Source: Camelus ferus (Eukaryota). From it: 64,000 nt of DNA. The stretch covers positions 48,114,001 through 48,178,000 of the forward strand of contig NC_045696.1 in assembly GCF_009834535.1 (NCBI RefSeq), written 5' to 3'. The position numbers and the translations under genes are program-made. Positions 1-12,240 of the stretch are shown here, one piece after another. The notes under the pieces were generated by a model. The model searched no databases. It was given only the letters and a program-made list of their open reading frames with translations, and was not told the origin of the DNA. Numbering within the stretch: the first letter of the stretch is position 1; every line of letters starts with the position of its first letter.

Positions 1-39
1 ATAATACTAGTAGTATCAGTAATAATAATTTAAATGCAT

Positions 40-1456
40 TAACTTCTAAAACTGCAAAGTCCAGGAGTATATTTGGCTTTAGTCATGGATTTAGGCATGA
101 CCTGGAGCTCAAATGATGTCAGCAGCGTCAGCCTCGCTCCAGCACTGTGAAGTGCTGCACAGATGATGGCCAGGAGTCCCAATAACCTCACTTGTTTGCT
201 TGGAAGCGGTCAAAAGCTGCGTTCTCCATAAGCAGATACAAAGATGGGTACATGCTGTTTATTTGGAATTAATACCTGTGAGAGGAAGAGGGGGAAACAG
301 GATTGGGCAGAGGGAGCTATCAAACTGAAACTGAGTTCTGGCAAAGCCTCAGCCAATCTGGTGAGGAAATTTGGAGTGAGTGTTGCTTTAAGAGATGTCT
401 CACATCAGGTCCAAAGAGCTGGACCTATATATATCCCCCCCCCCCCCCAGCTACAGATGTGTGCCATCCTAGGAATGGTGTGACCTCCAGCAAAGTGGAC
501 CTCTGTGACGAGGGAGCAAAGCAAACCCTGAGGCTGTCTGTTGACTGCACTTTGTACAGTTGGGCAGAGTGTTTTGCCCTCAGAGGGATCTTCATGTCTG
601 CTACACTTTGCCTATTGTGCTGCTCAGTTCTACTTCTTAAACCTGCGTTTGGGAGAGCATTTAGTGGGAACTACAACCCCCGACACTGAAGTTGGTCTTG
701 GGATTATTGTTGGTACTTATTTCTTCCTCCTCTAGTATTCATCCCAAATTCTTTTTAATCTTAGCTACTGTCTGTGCTCACCTTAATGGTCTGACTCTAA
801 TTATAACCTGGCCCCTCAGTTCAAGGGGCCTAGGTCCTGGGTTGCCATGCTCTTCTTAGGCAGCCTGGGACTCATGCCTGACAAAGCCGCAGCCAACCCT
901 ATTGAGAACTAGCAAACATAGCTTATCAGAGTTTCCTGCTTCCAGTCAAAATGAATGAACCTTTATACCCCTCCCTACCTTACTCAGTCACCGGATACAG
1001 GTAGCCTGGGAAGTGTCTAACCTCAGGTGGGAGTGAGGGGAGTTTAAAAACTTAGGTAGACCCTGAAAGGACTGATAACTGAAGGCTGTTTGCTTACCAC
1101 ACTTTTAGCCCTGATTCAAATATGTCTTCATGGTAGGATGCGAGTGGTGTGTCTTCAGATCTGCCATAGCAAGTCCAATTGAAGGAGGCAGTCTTTTCCG
1201 AAATCTCTGGCAGCCGTAACAGTATAGCCTTGGGGTGGGAGTTTGGGCTCTGATCGGTCTGCTTGTTAAACTCTTACCCAATCAGTGTGGCTTTTCCTTT
1301 TGGCCAGGCACAGGTAATATAATGACCATTGCGGTCAGAAGAGAAGTGGTTATCCCATACAGCACATGGAATCAGTTTACTATAGAAGACATATCTTTAG
1401 TTACCAGACAAAAGGGGAAAGAATTCTGGTCAGCCAAACACAACTGATATCCAGTA
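40..1456 (-). mobile_element. MaLR LTR (MLT1J/K-like) split into two parts (about 40-200 and 1175-1456) by an ERVL remnant
   Basis: The left part (ggctttagtcatgg...gagctcaaatgatgtcagcag...agatgatggccagg) and the right part (ccaatcagtgtggc...gttaccagacaaaaggggaaagaattctggtcagccaaacacaactgatatccagta) resemble the antisense MLT1K consensus as recalled. Boundaries are approximate. Confidence 0.5.
205..1170 (-). mobile_element. Old ERVL remnant: LTR (about 205-605), short internal segment (about 606-870), partial second LTR (about 870-1170); LTR16/LTR33-like
   Basis: Two mutually similar blocks: caaagcctcagccaatc at about 342 versus caaagccgcagccaacc at about 882, and gaggctgtctgttgactgcac versus gaaggctgtttgcttaccacac. 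On the minus strand they begin TGTAGCAGA (605) and TATGGCAGA (about 1168). Confidence 0.5.
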
Positions 1457-1899
1457 TTTGTAGGAATCAGTAAGAATTTTAGAAGCAGCTGTAAAATATC
1501 TACAAAGGTAAGCTGGTATTAAAGTCAAAGGCTCTAGGAAGTCCAGGGATCAACATTTTTAGGTCTCTCAGTTCAAACCTGCAGTTGGGAACAAAAGAGA
1601 AGCCCAGTCTCCTTTTAGCAACTGCACAGCTAGTAGCAGCAGTAGTGAAAACCACACACAAACCCCACAAATGTCATCCAAAAGGATGTACTCTCACCAT
1701 GTGCTGATGAAAAATAAAACATAAGTGTATAGCAATAAAATCTTTTACTTTGCAGGAAATTCCCATAATTTCATTTTGATGTGTATTTTTCTGATTTAGA
1801 ATGACTGTCAGAGTCCATTTAAGAAAACAGAAACCTTTCCAAGTATTTAAGTTAGAAATAATAGTTGCAGAGCATCCATGAAACATGGGATAGAAGACA

Positions 1900-2300
1900 A
1901 ATGGGACAGTGAGGTCACCCAGGTTAGCAACAGCAGGAAGCCGCGAACACCAGTACTAGGCAAGAGTAATAAGGGGAGACACGTAATTACAGGGGTCAAG
2001 GGGTTGGAGTCACCCAGTTAAATTTCTGCAGACCTGTGTGATGGGAGCTGAAGCCATATAAGAGATGCAGTTGGTGCCAGGGACATTGCCCAGATTTGAG
2101 TGGGAAGGGGATGGAGAAATATCCTGGCTTTTCCTTCTGCCAGCTTTGCAGCTTCCCTGGTACCTCTGAATAGCATAGCTGAGCCACAGCCAGCTGGTTT
2201 TAATTAGTCAACGAATACAGTGCATCCTATTGTAATCGTCCCCTCTCCAAATATAGCAGAGATTGGAAAGGACAAGGAATGCCCTGGAGGGCAAGGCCCA
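1900..2300. mobile_element. Degenerate LTR fragment (ERVL-type)
   Basis: gacagtgaggtcacccaggttagcaacagcaggaagccg resembles old mammalian LTR consensus sequence. Subfamily not determined. Confidence 0.35.
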
Positions 2301-3189
2301 GGCGTTTATAGCCAGGATGAAAATGCTATCAGTCTTAGACTAAATGCCTTAAATTCGAGGTGAAGCAATGGAAAGGTAGTTCAGAGACTGAAATAGATAT
2401 TCTCTCCTTTCTTAAGTAATTCCCATTCTTCGAAGTCCCCAAGTCCAGTAAATTGGTCCTGATAGTTACTTCTCTAAGTCTCTTATCTGTGACATAATAA
2501 GGCTCTTTTCACCTTCCACAAGATTTATAACCTGGAAAACCAACTATGTATTGATGATCTTGACTTCTTTATCTCATAGGTGTAGGAGAATCCAAGCACT
2601 GAAGCAGTGTAAAAGTACAATACAGTAAAAGCAGAATTTACAGCCAAGGTCTCACGACTTTCTCTAATACTGTGGTTTATTGAAGAGCAACTGCTGTTTA
2701 TCTGGAAATGAATGCTATAGCTTAAATTTAATTGTTGCTTAGAAATCGCATATATTTTAATCTATGAAATTATAGCACATAAAAGACCTGATAGAGATAA
2801 AGCTCATTAAAGCTGGGTTCTATAAAGGGAACATTTGACCATTCTTTGCCTGTCTAAGCACTGGACACTATTGGCCACCAAGGATCTACTGGGACTCAAT
2901 ATACAGCAGTAGCCAGAGAGGTGCTTCAGCTGAAGAAGGGATTTGCTGAGATTGCTTTAAAGTCATCCTCTTATGTGAAAATTATATATTGTTTTCTATA
3001 TGTGTGCATAGAATTGGTCTTGATCCTAGTTTCCAGTTTTTGTTCTCTAAGTAACTATTACTCCCTTCAGTCATGTGAGCTAGTTCTGTGTGGACCTTCT
3101 TTAAAATATTCATCATTGTTCTGCTTGATGATGGAATGTCTGCTTCTTACAAGGTGCTTATTACTCAGGTTGTTTTAATTACTATGGTT

Positions 3190-3420
3190 TCACTGAATAT
3201 TCTTCAACTGTAGCAGATTACATTGATTTTTTAATGTTGAGCCAACTTTGCATTCCTGGGATAAAGCCCATTCGGTCATAAAATATCACCTTTTTAATAT
3301 CTTTCTGGATTTGGTGTGCTAATATTTTGTTGAGGATGTTTGTATTTACGTTAATGAAATGCATTGCCATATAGTTGTTTTGTCCTATAAAGTCTTTATT
3401 AGGTTTGTATACAAGGACTG
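3190..3420 (-). mobile_element. Old LINE-1 ORF2 fragment (start of the RT region)
   Basis: ORF 3218-3424(-) reads NILNKILAHQIQKDIKKVIFYDRMGFIPGMQSWLNIKKS, matching the L1 ORF2 motif [39 protein letters not shown]. Confidence 0.9.
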
Positions 3421-5075
3421 CCACACTCTGCTTGGGCTCCTCCTTTCTATGCCGTTGTCAGAAAGTTTTTCCTGGGCAGAGAGCTATTCTGATATATGAA
3501 AGGCTGTTACTCTCTTTCAGAAGTATAGAGGCTCTTGTTATATATTTACTATAGCGGATTTATTACTTGGATTGTATTAATTTATTTATTCAATTAATGT
3601 AAACTTTCCAGTCAAGGACTAAGTATATGCTACAGCAATAGAAAATATTAAAATAGGATGAGAGGTAAAAGAGATGTGATATTTGACCTCATATGGTCTA
3701 TATATACTTTAGACCTGACTTGTAACATTAAAAATAAACCTTATGTTTTACTGGATTTATTTGAATTTATACATTAGTTTGGGGAGGATACCTTTGCAGT
3801 ATTTCTTCTCCTATTCTGCAGAGGTAATTTCAAATCACCTTTCTCTTTTTGAAAAAGGTTTTATAAATTTTATCTGTCTCTTTTCTTAAACGTAGGACTT
3901 GCATATTTATTCAGTTAACCCTAGATATTTCATGTGATGGACTTTGTTGCTATTGTCAATATGCTGTTTATTTCCCCATTACACACTGGTGGTTATTGCT
4001 AGTGTAAAGGAAAGCTACTTCTTTTACTGTGAATCATTTACTGATCTTTCTATGAAATCCTAATAGTTGTTTCTTTGGGACTTGCCAGGTAGAGCTTACT
4101 GGATCTTTATTTCCATGAAATATGCTCTGAAAAATACTGGTTATTGCTGTGAATTAATATGGTGTCTGTGTTTATCTAATGTGAGCAGGCTGTATATGCA
4201 TTTTCTCTGCAGGGATTGATATTCAGTGTAGTGTAGCTATAGGGGATTTAAACCTCTCTTGGAAAGATCATCTACTTCCTGCTTAGAGTTAGGGTTGAAA
4301 ATAGAATTCCCATCCATGCAGCATCATATCCTATCCTGTGAAAGACCAGTAAACAACCCCCTGGCGATAGTCGCTTACTTAAGGACAGGCCTGCTTAACC
4401 ATGTAAAGCTACAGGGTGGTCAGGTTAGATAATTTTCATCTGGCTGTGAGACTAAGAGAAGAAGCCACATTTCACCATAAAATATATATATTTTGTATGA
4501 CTGCCTGAAAACTCAAGCTAGCTTTTAATAACGTGTTTTAAATTCTGAAATATTGACATAAATATCATGTCCATCTCATATTTTTTCAAATATTAATAAT
4601 AATATAGTTGAAGTCATCAGCAATTAGATGAAAAATCATTATTGTGTAGTATTCCATCACTTCAAGGCATTGTCTTTTTTATTTCTAAAATATAATTTCA
4701 CATATTACATTCTTTATTTAAGGCTCTTCATGGCACTGTTACCATCACCCAGATTTTATTTATTTAAACATAGTTTCTAATATGTTTTGTTGTTGATACT
4801 TACTGAGTTTTTCAACCTGATAGCATTAAAATACTTTAAAATCAAATTTAGGAAAATATACACACATACACACACAAACATCATAGGGGACTTTTATTCT
4901 CTGGGAATATGTGAACACTTTTTGAAGCTGACTTGGAGGAAACGACTTTTCTTATTGTCTCGATTGTTTTAGATGATAAGAGAAAAGAGAATGTTGATTT
5001 GCTAATCTAAGTAGTAAACCAGCTATGGTTTACAAAATACTCCAAAGAATTGATAAATGATGACTCCTCTTTTCT

Positions 5076-5620
5076 TTTTTTTTTTTAAAACGTTTTTTTA
5101 TTGAGTTATAGTCATTTTACAGTGTTGTGTCAAATTCCAGTGTAGAGCACAATTTTTCAGTTATACATGAACATACATATATTTATTGTCACTTTTTTTT
5201 TTGCTGTGAGCTACCACAAGATCTTGTATATATTTTCCTGTGCTATACAGTATAATCTTGTGTATCTATTCTACATATGCCTGTCAGTATCTACAAATTT
5301 TGAACTCCCAGTCTATCCCTTCCCAGTCCACTCCTCCTTGGCAACCACAAGTTTGTATTCTATGTCTGTCTGTTTGTTTCTGTTTTGTATTTATGTTCTT
5401 TTTTTTTTTTTTTAGATCCCACATATGAGCGATCTCATATGGTATTTTTCTTTCTCTTTCTGGCTTGCTTCACTTAGAATGACATTCTCCAGGGATATCC
5501 ATGTTGCTGCAAATGGCGTTATGTTGTCATTTTTTATGGCTGAATAGTGTTCCATTGTATAAATATACCACATCTTCTTTATCCAGTCATCTGTTGATGG
5601 AAATTTAGTCTGTTTCCATG
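5076..5620 (-). mobile_element. Young 5'-truncated LINE-1 (end of ORF2, 3'UTR and polyA), camelid-like
   Basis: PolyT at about 5075-5086 is followed by antisense L1 3' sequence (gatctcatatggtatttttctttctctttctggcttgcttcacttagaatg). 17-bp TSD gatgactc(c/t)tcttttct at 5059-5075 and 5621-5637. Confidence 0.92.
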
Positions 5621-7163
5621 GATGACTCTTCTTTTCTAAGAAAAATGCGTGTACATACAGAATTGTACATTCAACGTTGATTTAATCCTATGTCCTCATT
5701 TTGCAGGTAGTAAACAGATACAGGGAGGAAATAAACCACATGATTAAGTAGAGGTAAAGTCTGGCTTAGAGTATCTTCTAATCTAGAAGTCTGGTGCTTT
5801 CATGATCCTATAGGATAGCTAAACAAGGGACAAAGGGGAATAAGTAGAAGTAAAGTGGACAGACATAAAAGGGATTCAAACAAAAGCAAAGAAATATTTA
5901 TCAAAGGTATTTGCTGAAGTGAATGACAAAAGAGGAAGTAATGTGCAAATGACAACATGACCAACAAAATACTTTTTTTTTCCTACTTGAGGATAAGACC
6001 TCTTTACTGCTAATGTTAAAAATGAGAGGCAAGGATTAACCAAGAAGATGAAGTAGAAGGACGTTGAGCTCACTTCCTCTCACTAGCACACCAAAATCAC
6101 AACTAATTGCTGAACAAACCATTGATAAAAAGGACTGGAATCTACCAAAAAAGATCTACAACTAAAGACATAAAGAAAGAACCACAATGAGATGGTAGGA
6201 GGGGTGCACTTATGATATTATCAGATTTCATACCCTCTGTGTGGGCGACCCACAGACTGGAGAATAATTATATTGCAGATGTTCTCCCACAGGAGTGAGA
6301 GTTCTGAGCCCCATGTCAGGATCCCAGGCCTGGGGGTCCAGCATTTGGAAGAGGCGTCCCCAGAGCATTTGGCTTTGAAGGCCAGTGGGGCTTAATTGCA
6401 GGAGCTCCACAGGACTTGAGGAAACAGATATTTCACTCTTAAAGGGCACATACAAAATCTCATGTGCACCGGGACCAAGGACAAAAACAGTAACTTCATT
6501 GGAGCCTGGCCAGACTTAACTTGCTGGTCTTGGATGATCACCTGGGGAGGCGGTGGGGGCAGCTGTTGCTTACCCTTGGGACATAAAAACTGGTGGCTGA
6601 CATATTGGGCAGTATTCATCTGTGTGAATTGTCCTGGAGGCCGACATCTTGTTTAAGCCATTAGCACCAAGATCTGGCCTCAGTCAGCAGCCTGTAGGCT
6701 CCAGTGCTGGGATGCCTCAGGTCAAACAACTAACTGGTGGAAACACAGCCCCACCCATCAGCAGACAGGCTGCCTAAAGATATTCTGAGCCCATGACCTC
6801 CTCTAGACGTACCCCTAGACAAGGCCATGGCCACCAGAGGTCTAGGACCCAGTTCCACCTGTCACTGGGCAGGCACCAACCCCTCCTGCCAGGAAGCCTG
6901 CAGAAGCCTCTAGATCTGCCTCATGCACCAAGGCGCAGACAATAGAAGCAAGAAAACTATGATCCTGCAGCCTGTGGATAGCATCCACAAATGCAGGCCA
7001 GACCCTAACCTGGGACCAGCTGGCTCCTGGCCCTTGGGTGATGAGACAGAAGTGTACCACTGGGACACACAGGACATCCCCTACAGAGGACCACTTCTAC
7101 AAGTTCAAGAAATGTAACTAACCTGCCACATATGTTAAAATACAAATGCAATATTTAGACAAA

Positions 7164-8084
7164 ATGAGGTGGCAGAGAAATATGTTCCAGAAGAAGGAGC
7201 AAGATAAAACCCCAGAAGAACAACCAAGTGAAGTGGAGATAGGCAATCTACCCAAGAAAGAGTTCTGGGTAGTGATCATAAAGATGATCCAAGAGATCAG
7301 GAGAAGAATGGATGCACAGAGCAAGAAGTTAGAAGTTTTTGTTGTTGCTGTTGTTGTTTTGTTTTGTTTTGTTTTTTTAAATTTAGAACATATAAAGAAC
7401 AGCCAAACAGAGTTGAAGAATATGATTAACAGAAATGAAAAATACGATAGAGGGAACCAATAGTAGACTAAATGAAGCAGAAGATCAGTGAGCTGGGAGA
7501 CCAAGTAGTGAAAATCACTACAGTAGAAGAGGAAAAAGAAAAAAGAATGAAAAGAAATGAGGACAGTTTACGAGACATCTAGGACAATAGCAAGATTGTG
7601 AACAGTCACATTGTAGTGGTTCCAGAAGGAGAAGAGGGAGGAAAAGGGTCTGAGAAACTAACTGAAGAGAAAATAGCTGAAAACTCACTAACCTGGGAAA
7701 GGAAACACTTACTAAGTCCAGGAAGCTCAGAGAGTCCCATACAGTCCCAAAGAGGAACACACCAAGACACATAGTAATCAAGTTGACAAAAGGTGAAGCA
7801 AAATATTAAAAAACAGCAAGGGAAATGCAACAAATAACAAACAAGGGAACTCCCATAAGGCTTTCAGCCGATTTTTCAGCAGAAGCTCTGGAGGCCAGAA
7901 GGGAGTGGCATGATATATTTCAAGCGATGAAAGGGAAAAAAGCCTACAACCAAAAATACTCTATCCAGCAAGGCTCTCATTCGGATTTGATGAAGAAATC
8001 AAACGCTTTGCAGGTAAGCAAAAGTGGAAAGAATTCAGCAGTGCCAAACCAGCTTTACAACACATGCTAAAGGAACTTCTTTAG
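7164..8084 (+). pseudogene. L1 ORF1 (RNA-binding protein), frameshifted
   Basis: Translations MRWQRNMFQKKEQDKTPEEQPSEVEIGNLPKKEF and KGTPIRLSADFSAEALEARREWHDIF are ORF1 motifs lying in different frames. The stop is at ...aaggaacttctttag. Confidence 0.9.
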
Positions 8085-8377
8085 GCAGAAAAGAAAAGGC
8101 CACAACTACAAACAAGGAAAGTACAAAATGGAAAAGCTCACCGGTAAAGACCAACATACAATAAAGACAGGAAGTCATCCACATGCACACTAGGAGGGAG
8201 GTTAAAAGGCAGAAGTAGTAAAATCACCTGTATCCAGAATAAGCAGTTAAGGGATACACAAAACAGTTAGATGTTAAGATATGGTATCAGAGTCAGTAAT
8301 TATGAGGGGATGAGAGTACAAATGCAGAATATTTAAAATGCTTTTGAAATTAAGAGATCAACAATTTAAAACAAGCA

Positions 8378-8381
8378 TGTA

Positions 8382-8421
<40 letters not shown>
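8378..8421. repeat. (TGTA)n(TG)n microsatellite in the L1 inter-ORF spacer
   Basis: Directly visible in the sequence. Confidence 0.95.
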
Positions 8422-8423
<2 letters not shown>

Positions 8424-8616
8424 GTGTTATAGATACATACTATTCTACCAAAACCTCATGGTAATTATAAACCAAAAATCTGTAAAAGATATACATACAA
8501 AAAATGAAAATGGAATCCAAACATAACATTGAAAATAGTCATCAAACTGACAAGAGAATGAAGGAAGAAAGGGGAAAAAAAGGCCTACAAAAATAAACCT
8601 AAAGCAATTAACAAAA

Positions 8617-9960
8617 TTTTAATAAAACATACATATCTATAATTACCTTCATTGTAAGTGGATTAAATGCTCCACCAAAAGACACAGACTCGCTGAATGG
8701 ATACAAAGACAAGACCCGTATATATGCTGTTTACAAGAGACACACTTCAGATCTAGAGACACATACTGACCAAAAGTGAGGGGATGGAAAAAGTATTCCA
8801 TGCAAATGGTAATCAGAAGACAGCTGGAGTAGCTAGACTTATATCAGACAAAATAAACTTTAAAATAAAGACTGTTACAAGAGACAAAGAAGGGCACTAC
8901 ATAATGATCAAGGGATCAATCCAAGAAGAAGATATAACAATTGTAAATATCTGTGCACCCAATGTAGGAGCACCTCAATATGTAAGACAACTGTTAACAG
9001 ACATAAAAGGAGAAAACAACAATTACACAGTAATAGTGGGGGACCTTAACACCCCACTTACATCAATAGACAGATCGTCCAGATGGATAATCAGTAAGGA
9101 AATACAAGCCCTAAATAACACATTAGACCAGATGGGCTTGATATTTATAGAGCATTTCATCTGGAAGCAGCAGAATATACATTCTTTTTAGGTGCAAATG
9201 CAGGATAGATCATATGCTGAGCCACAAAGAAAGCCTTGGTAAATTTAAGAGAATTGAAATTGTATCAAACATCTTTTCCAATCACAACACTATGGGACTA
9301 GAAATCAACTACCAGAAAAAAAAAACTGCAATAAACACAAACTCATGGAGGCTAAATAATATGCTACTGAATCACCAGTGGATCACTGAAGAAATAAAAG
9401 AGGAAATCAAAAAATGCCTAGAGACAAAGTGTCTATGATGATGACCTGAAACCTATGAGGTGCAGCAAAAGCACTCCTAGGAGGAAGATGTAGACCACTA
9501 CAGGCTTCTCTCAGGAAACAAGAAAAGTGTCAAATAAACAACCCAGTCTTACACCTAAAGCAAAGAGAGAAAGGAGAACAAACAAACCCAGAGTTAGTGG
9601 AAGAAAAGAAATCAGAAAAGATTAAGGCAGAAATAAATGAGATAGAGGTGAAAAAAATAGAAAAAAATCAATGACACTAAGAGTTGGTTCTTTGAAAATG
9701 TAAACAAAATTGATAAACCTTTAGCCAAACTCATCAAGAACAAAACGGAGAGGGCTCAAATCAATAAAATCAGAAATGAAAAAGAAGTAGGACTGACACC
9801 ACAGAAATACAAAGGGTCGTAAGAGATACTAACAACCCTATGCCAATAAGATGGAGGACCTGGAGGAAATGGACAGATTCTTAGACAAGTATGATCTCCC
9901 AAGACTGAACCAGAAAGTAACAGAAAATCTGAACAGACTAATCATGAGTGCTGAAATTGA
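8617..9960 (+). pseudogene. L1 ORF2 endonuclease domain and linker, disrupted and truncated before the RT domain
   Basis: KVFHANGNQKTAGVARLISDKINFKIKTVTRDKEGHYIMIKGSIQEEDITIVNICAPNVGAPQY...IVGDLNTPLTSIDRS is the APE-type EN domain. WRLNNMLLNHQWITEEIKEEIKK follows. No start ATG is visible at the expected position, and there are stops and frameshifts. Confidence 0.92.
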
Positions 9961-10959
9961 TATGGCAGTCGTTTGAGGAAGAATGGAGACAGGATCTGAT
10001 AGGGCAGGTTTAGCACACATTGACACAAAGGAAGGCGAGTCGGTTTCAGCTCACCACCCAACAATATTTGATGTTTGCATGCTAAGGTTCATACAGAAAT
10101 CTGATTTCAGCTACTTGCTGAGCCTAGGATCAAGTTCTTGGACAACTTTCTCTCTCTCTTTTTTTTTTTTTTTTTAATGGTTTTGCTCTCACATGACCAG
10201 TTCTGTGTTCAAATTCTAGAAACATCTCAGTTGGTTTTAAGGAAGCCTCATGACTAATGTCTTTAACAAGAACAGTGTTTAACAAAAATGTGCTGCCTAA
10301 TTCTGGTGTTGATTGTATGAACGCTTCAGCTCTGGGAGCAGTTCTTGCTGCTCCAGGCTTTGGTCATTTGCCCCTAGCATAATCCTCATCGTTCCTGCTG
10401 GGAGCAAGTTCGTGGCTTGGAACTTGGGGAGGCCCAGTACTGCCAAGTTCAGGTCAGAGCGAAATGGGCACGGGCGGCTGCCGCTGAGGATGAGGAGTGA
10501 GGGTCGCATTCCAGCACACCGTACTGCTTCCTGTGAAGGCTCTTGCATCTAATAACGCAATATAAAAACAATGGCTCTTTCCTGGCGTTGTCAGCTATTT
10601 GTTGGTCAGAGGAATGCAAGAAGTTTAATTTCACCTTCTTCATTTGCTGTCCTAAGGGACAGTTGATGTGTCACTGGCTCCTTAGATGGAGTTGAAATAT
10701 GTTTACAAAAGCTTTAAGATCTTCACTTGACTATGCAGTGACCCAATAGGATCACTATTATAGGATTTCATAAATAATAAAGGCTTTTAGAAAATAATAC
10801 AACCAATAAATTTTTATTCAAATCTACTCTGTTTTCAAAACTATGGCTAATAAACTAAAGATAAGGAAGTATGTTTGTTAAGTATAAAGAAATACAAGGA
10901 AAGTTTAGCCCCAGGAAACTAACATCAAAGAGTTGGTTGACAGGGAGAAAAAATTCATA

Positions 10960-11075
10960 CTCGTTCATTCATTTATTCATCCATTTTTCTCATTCAGGTA
11001 ATAAAGCTCTCTCAAATACTTCTGATGTATCAGGAATCATAGTATGTGTTGAAGATGCAGTAATGAACAAATAAG
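10960..11075 (-). mobile_element. L2 3' end fragment
   Basis: (TTCA)n-like tail followed by ...gtatgtgttgaagatgcagtaatgaacaa, typical of an antisense L2 terminus. Confidence 0.6.
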
Positions 11076-12049
11076 TGGCTCAAACTGTTAAAGGTTTTGG
11101 AGTTCACCTCAGGTTGAGCCTATGAAAGCGTACATAGAGAATGGGAGAATGAATTTGTGAAAGGGAGCATCTTCATAGTGAATCACCATGGTGGATTATA
11201 TTTTTATTTGATTTTTTTCTCCTCACTTCCTTGCCCTAGATGAGCCTAGGTAAAGGAGCAGCATAGAGAACTGAATTAAAAAGTATGTAAGAAGCGTTAA
11301 GCCAGTCTGTCACTGCCATGGAAGAGATGATCATGTATAATGGATTTGTTATGCTGTACAGAATCTGGTTGACTTTGTTAGAGGATGGAAATAGCAATTG
11401 TCATATCTCCATTCCCCTCTCAGCTCTTTCCCTTTCTTGACTAAATGGAGCTATTTGTTTATGCTCACCTGCTAGAATTTAACAACTAAGAATACGCTGG
11501 AACATCAGCAGTTTTGCCCTGGCAAAGTGCATCCTGTGAATGACCCTGCTGACAAACTTATATTGTCTTAACTGTAGCACAGCTTGCATTTGTCACAGGT
11601 GAATGGGCTCAATTAGCAAGAGAGACAGTGTTTCAATCATTAAAAAAAATAAAAGGCAAACAAAGAAGAAAACATTTTCCTCTATGTGTTCTGAAGGAGA
11701 GGTGACATTGTAGCATATGATTTTTTTTCCTTTGGGTTTTACAAAGAAAGCAACTAAAGTAAAAACAAAAAAAACAAAAAAAACCCCAGCACATTATTTA
11801 GCAAAGTGATTTGAAGCAAAACTGCAGGGCAGAATTCTCAAAAGATGTTAATAAGGAGTAAGGTTTTCCGTGGGTATTAATGTTATCCTTACATATCCTC
11901 AACTTACATGCTTCTCTATTTTGCTTATTAAAACCCCAGGGGAAATATTGGGTATTTGCTGTGATTTATATAATGAAGCAGATAACCTCAATTTTGCCTG
12001 AACTTATGCAATTTTGGGAGAGACATTACTTCCTTCGGCTTATGGGATG

Positions 12050-12240
12050 GTATTTAGTATAATGAAAAATAAACTTTTTAGATAGTTTCATAATGGGTTG
12101 AATGAAAGTCTCAGCCTAGCCACTAACCATTTAGGTGGGCTATGTGTGCCTTGATTATAGTGATAATTATAAATTCTCAAAGTGTTGTGAACCAAATTAA
12201 ATAGAACTATGAAAGCAGCATGACGGACAACTCAATATTA
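12050..12240 (+). mobile_element. MIR SINE, degenerate
   Basis: tggtatttagtataatgaaaa...ccactaacc...tctcaaagtgttgtgaaccaaattaaatag follows the MIR layout. Confidence 0.5.

Larger units (their letters stand above)
6025..9960 (+). mobile_element. LINE-1 with 5'UTR, decayed ORF1, spacer and the 5' third of ORF2; 3' portion missing
   Basis: L1-type 5' start (gaaggacgttgagctcacttcctc...caccaaaatcacaact), followed in order by ORF1- and ORF2-homologous translations. Homology stops at ...gctgaaattga (9960). Confidence 0.93.

Noticed and set aside
7118..7504. Hydrophobic 128-aa minus-strand ORF resembling a membrane protein
   Set aside because: It is the antisense of A-rich L1 ORF1, so the hydrophobicity is a compositional artefact.
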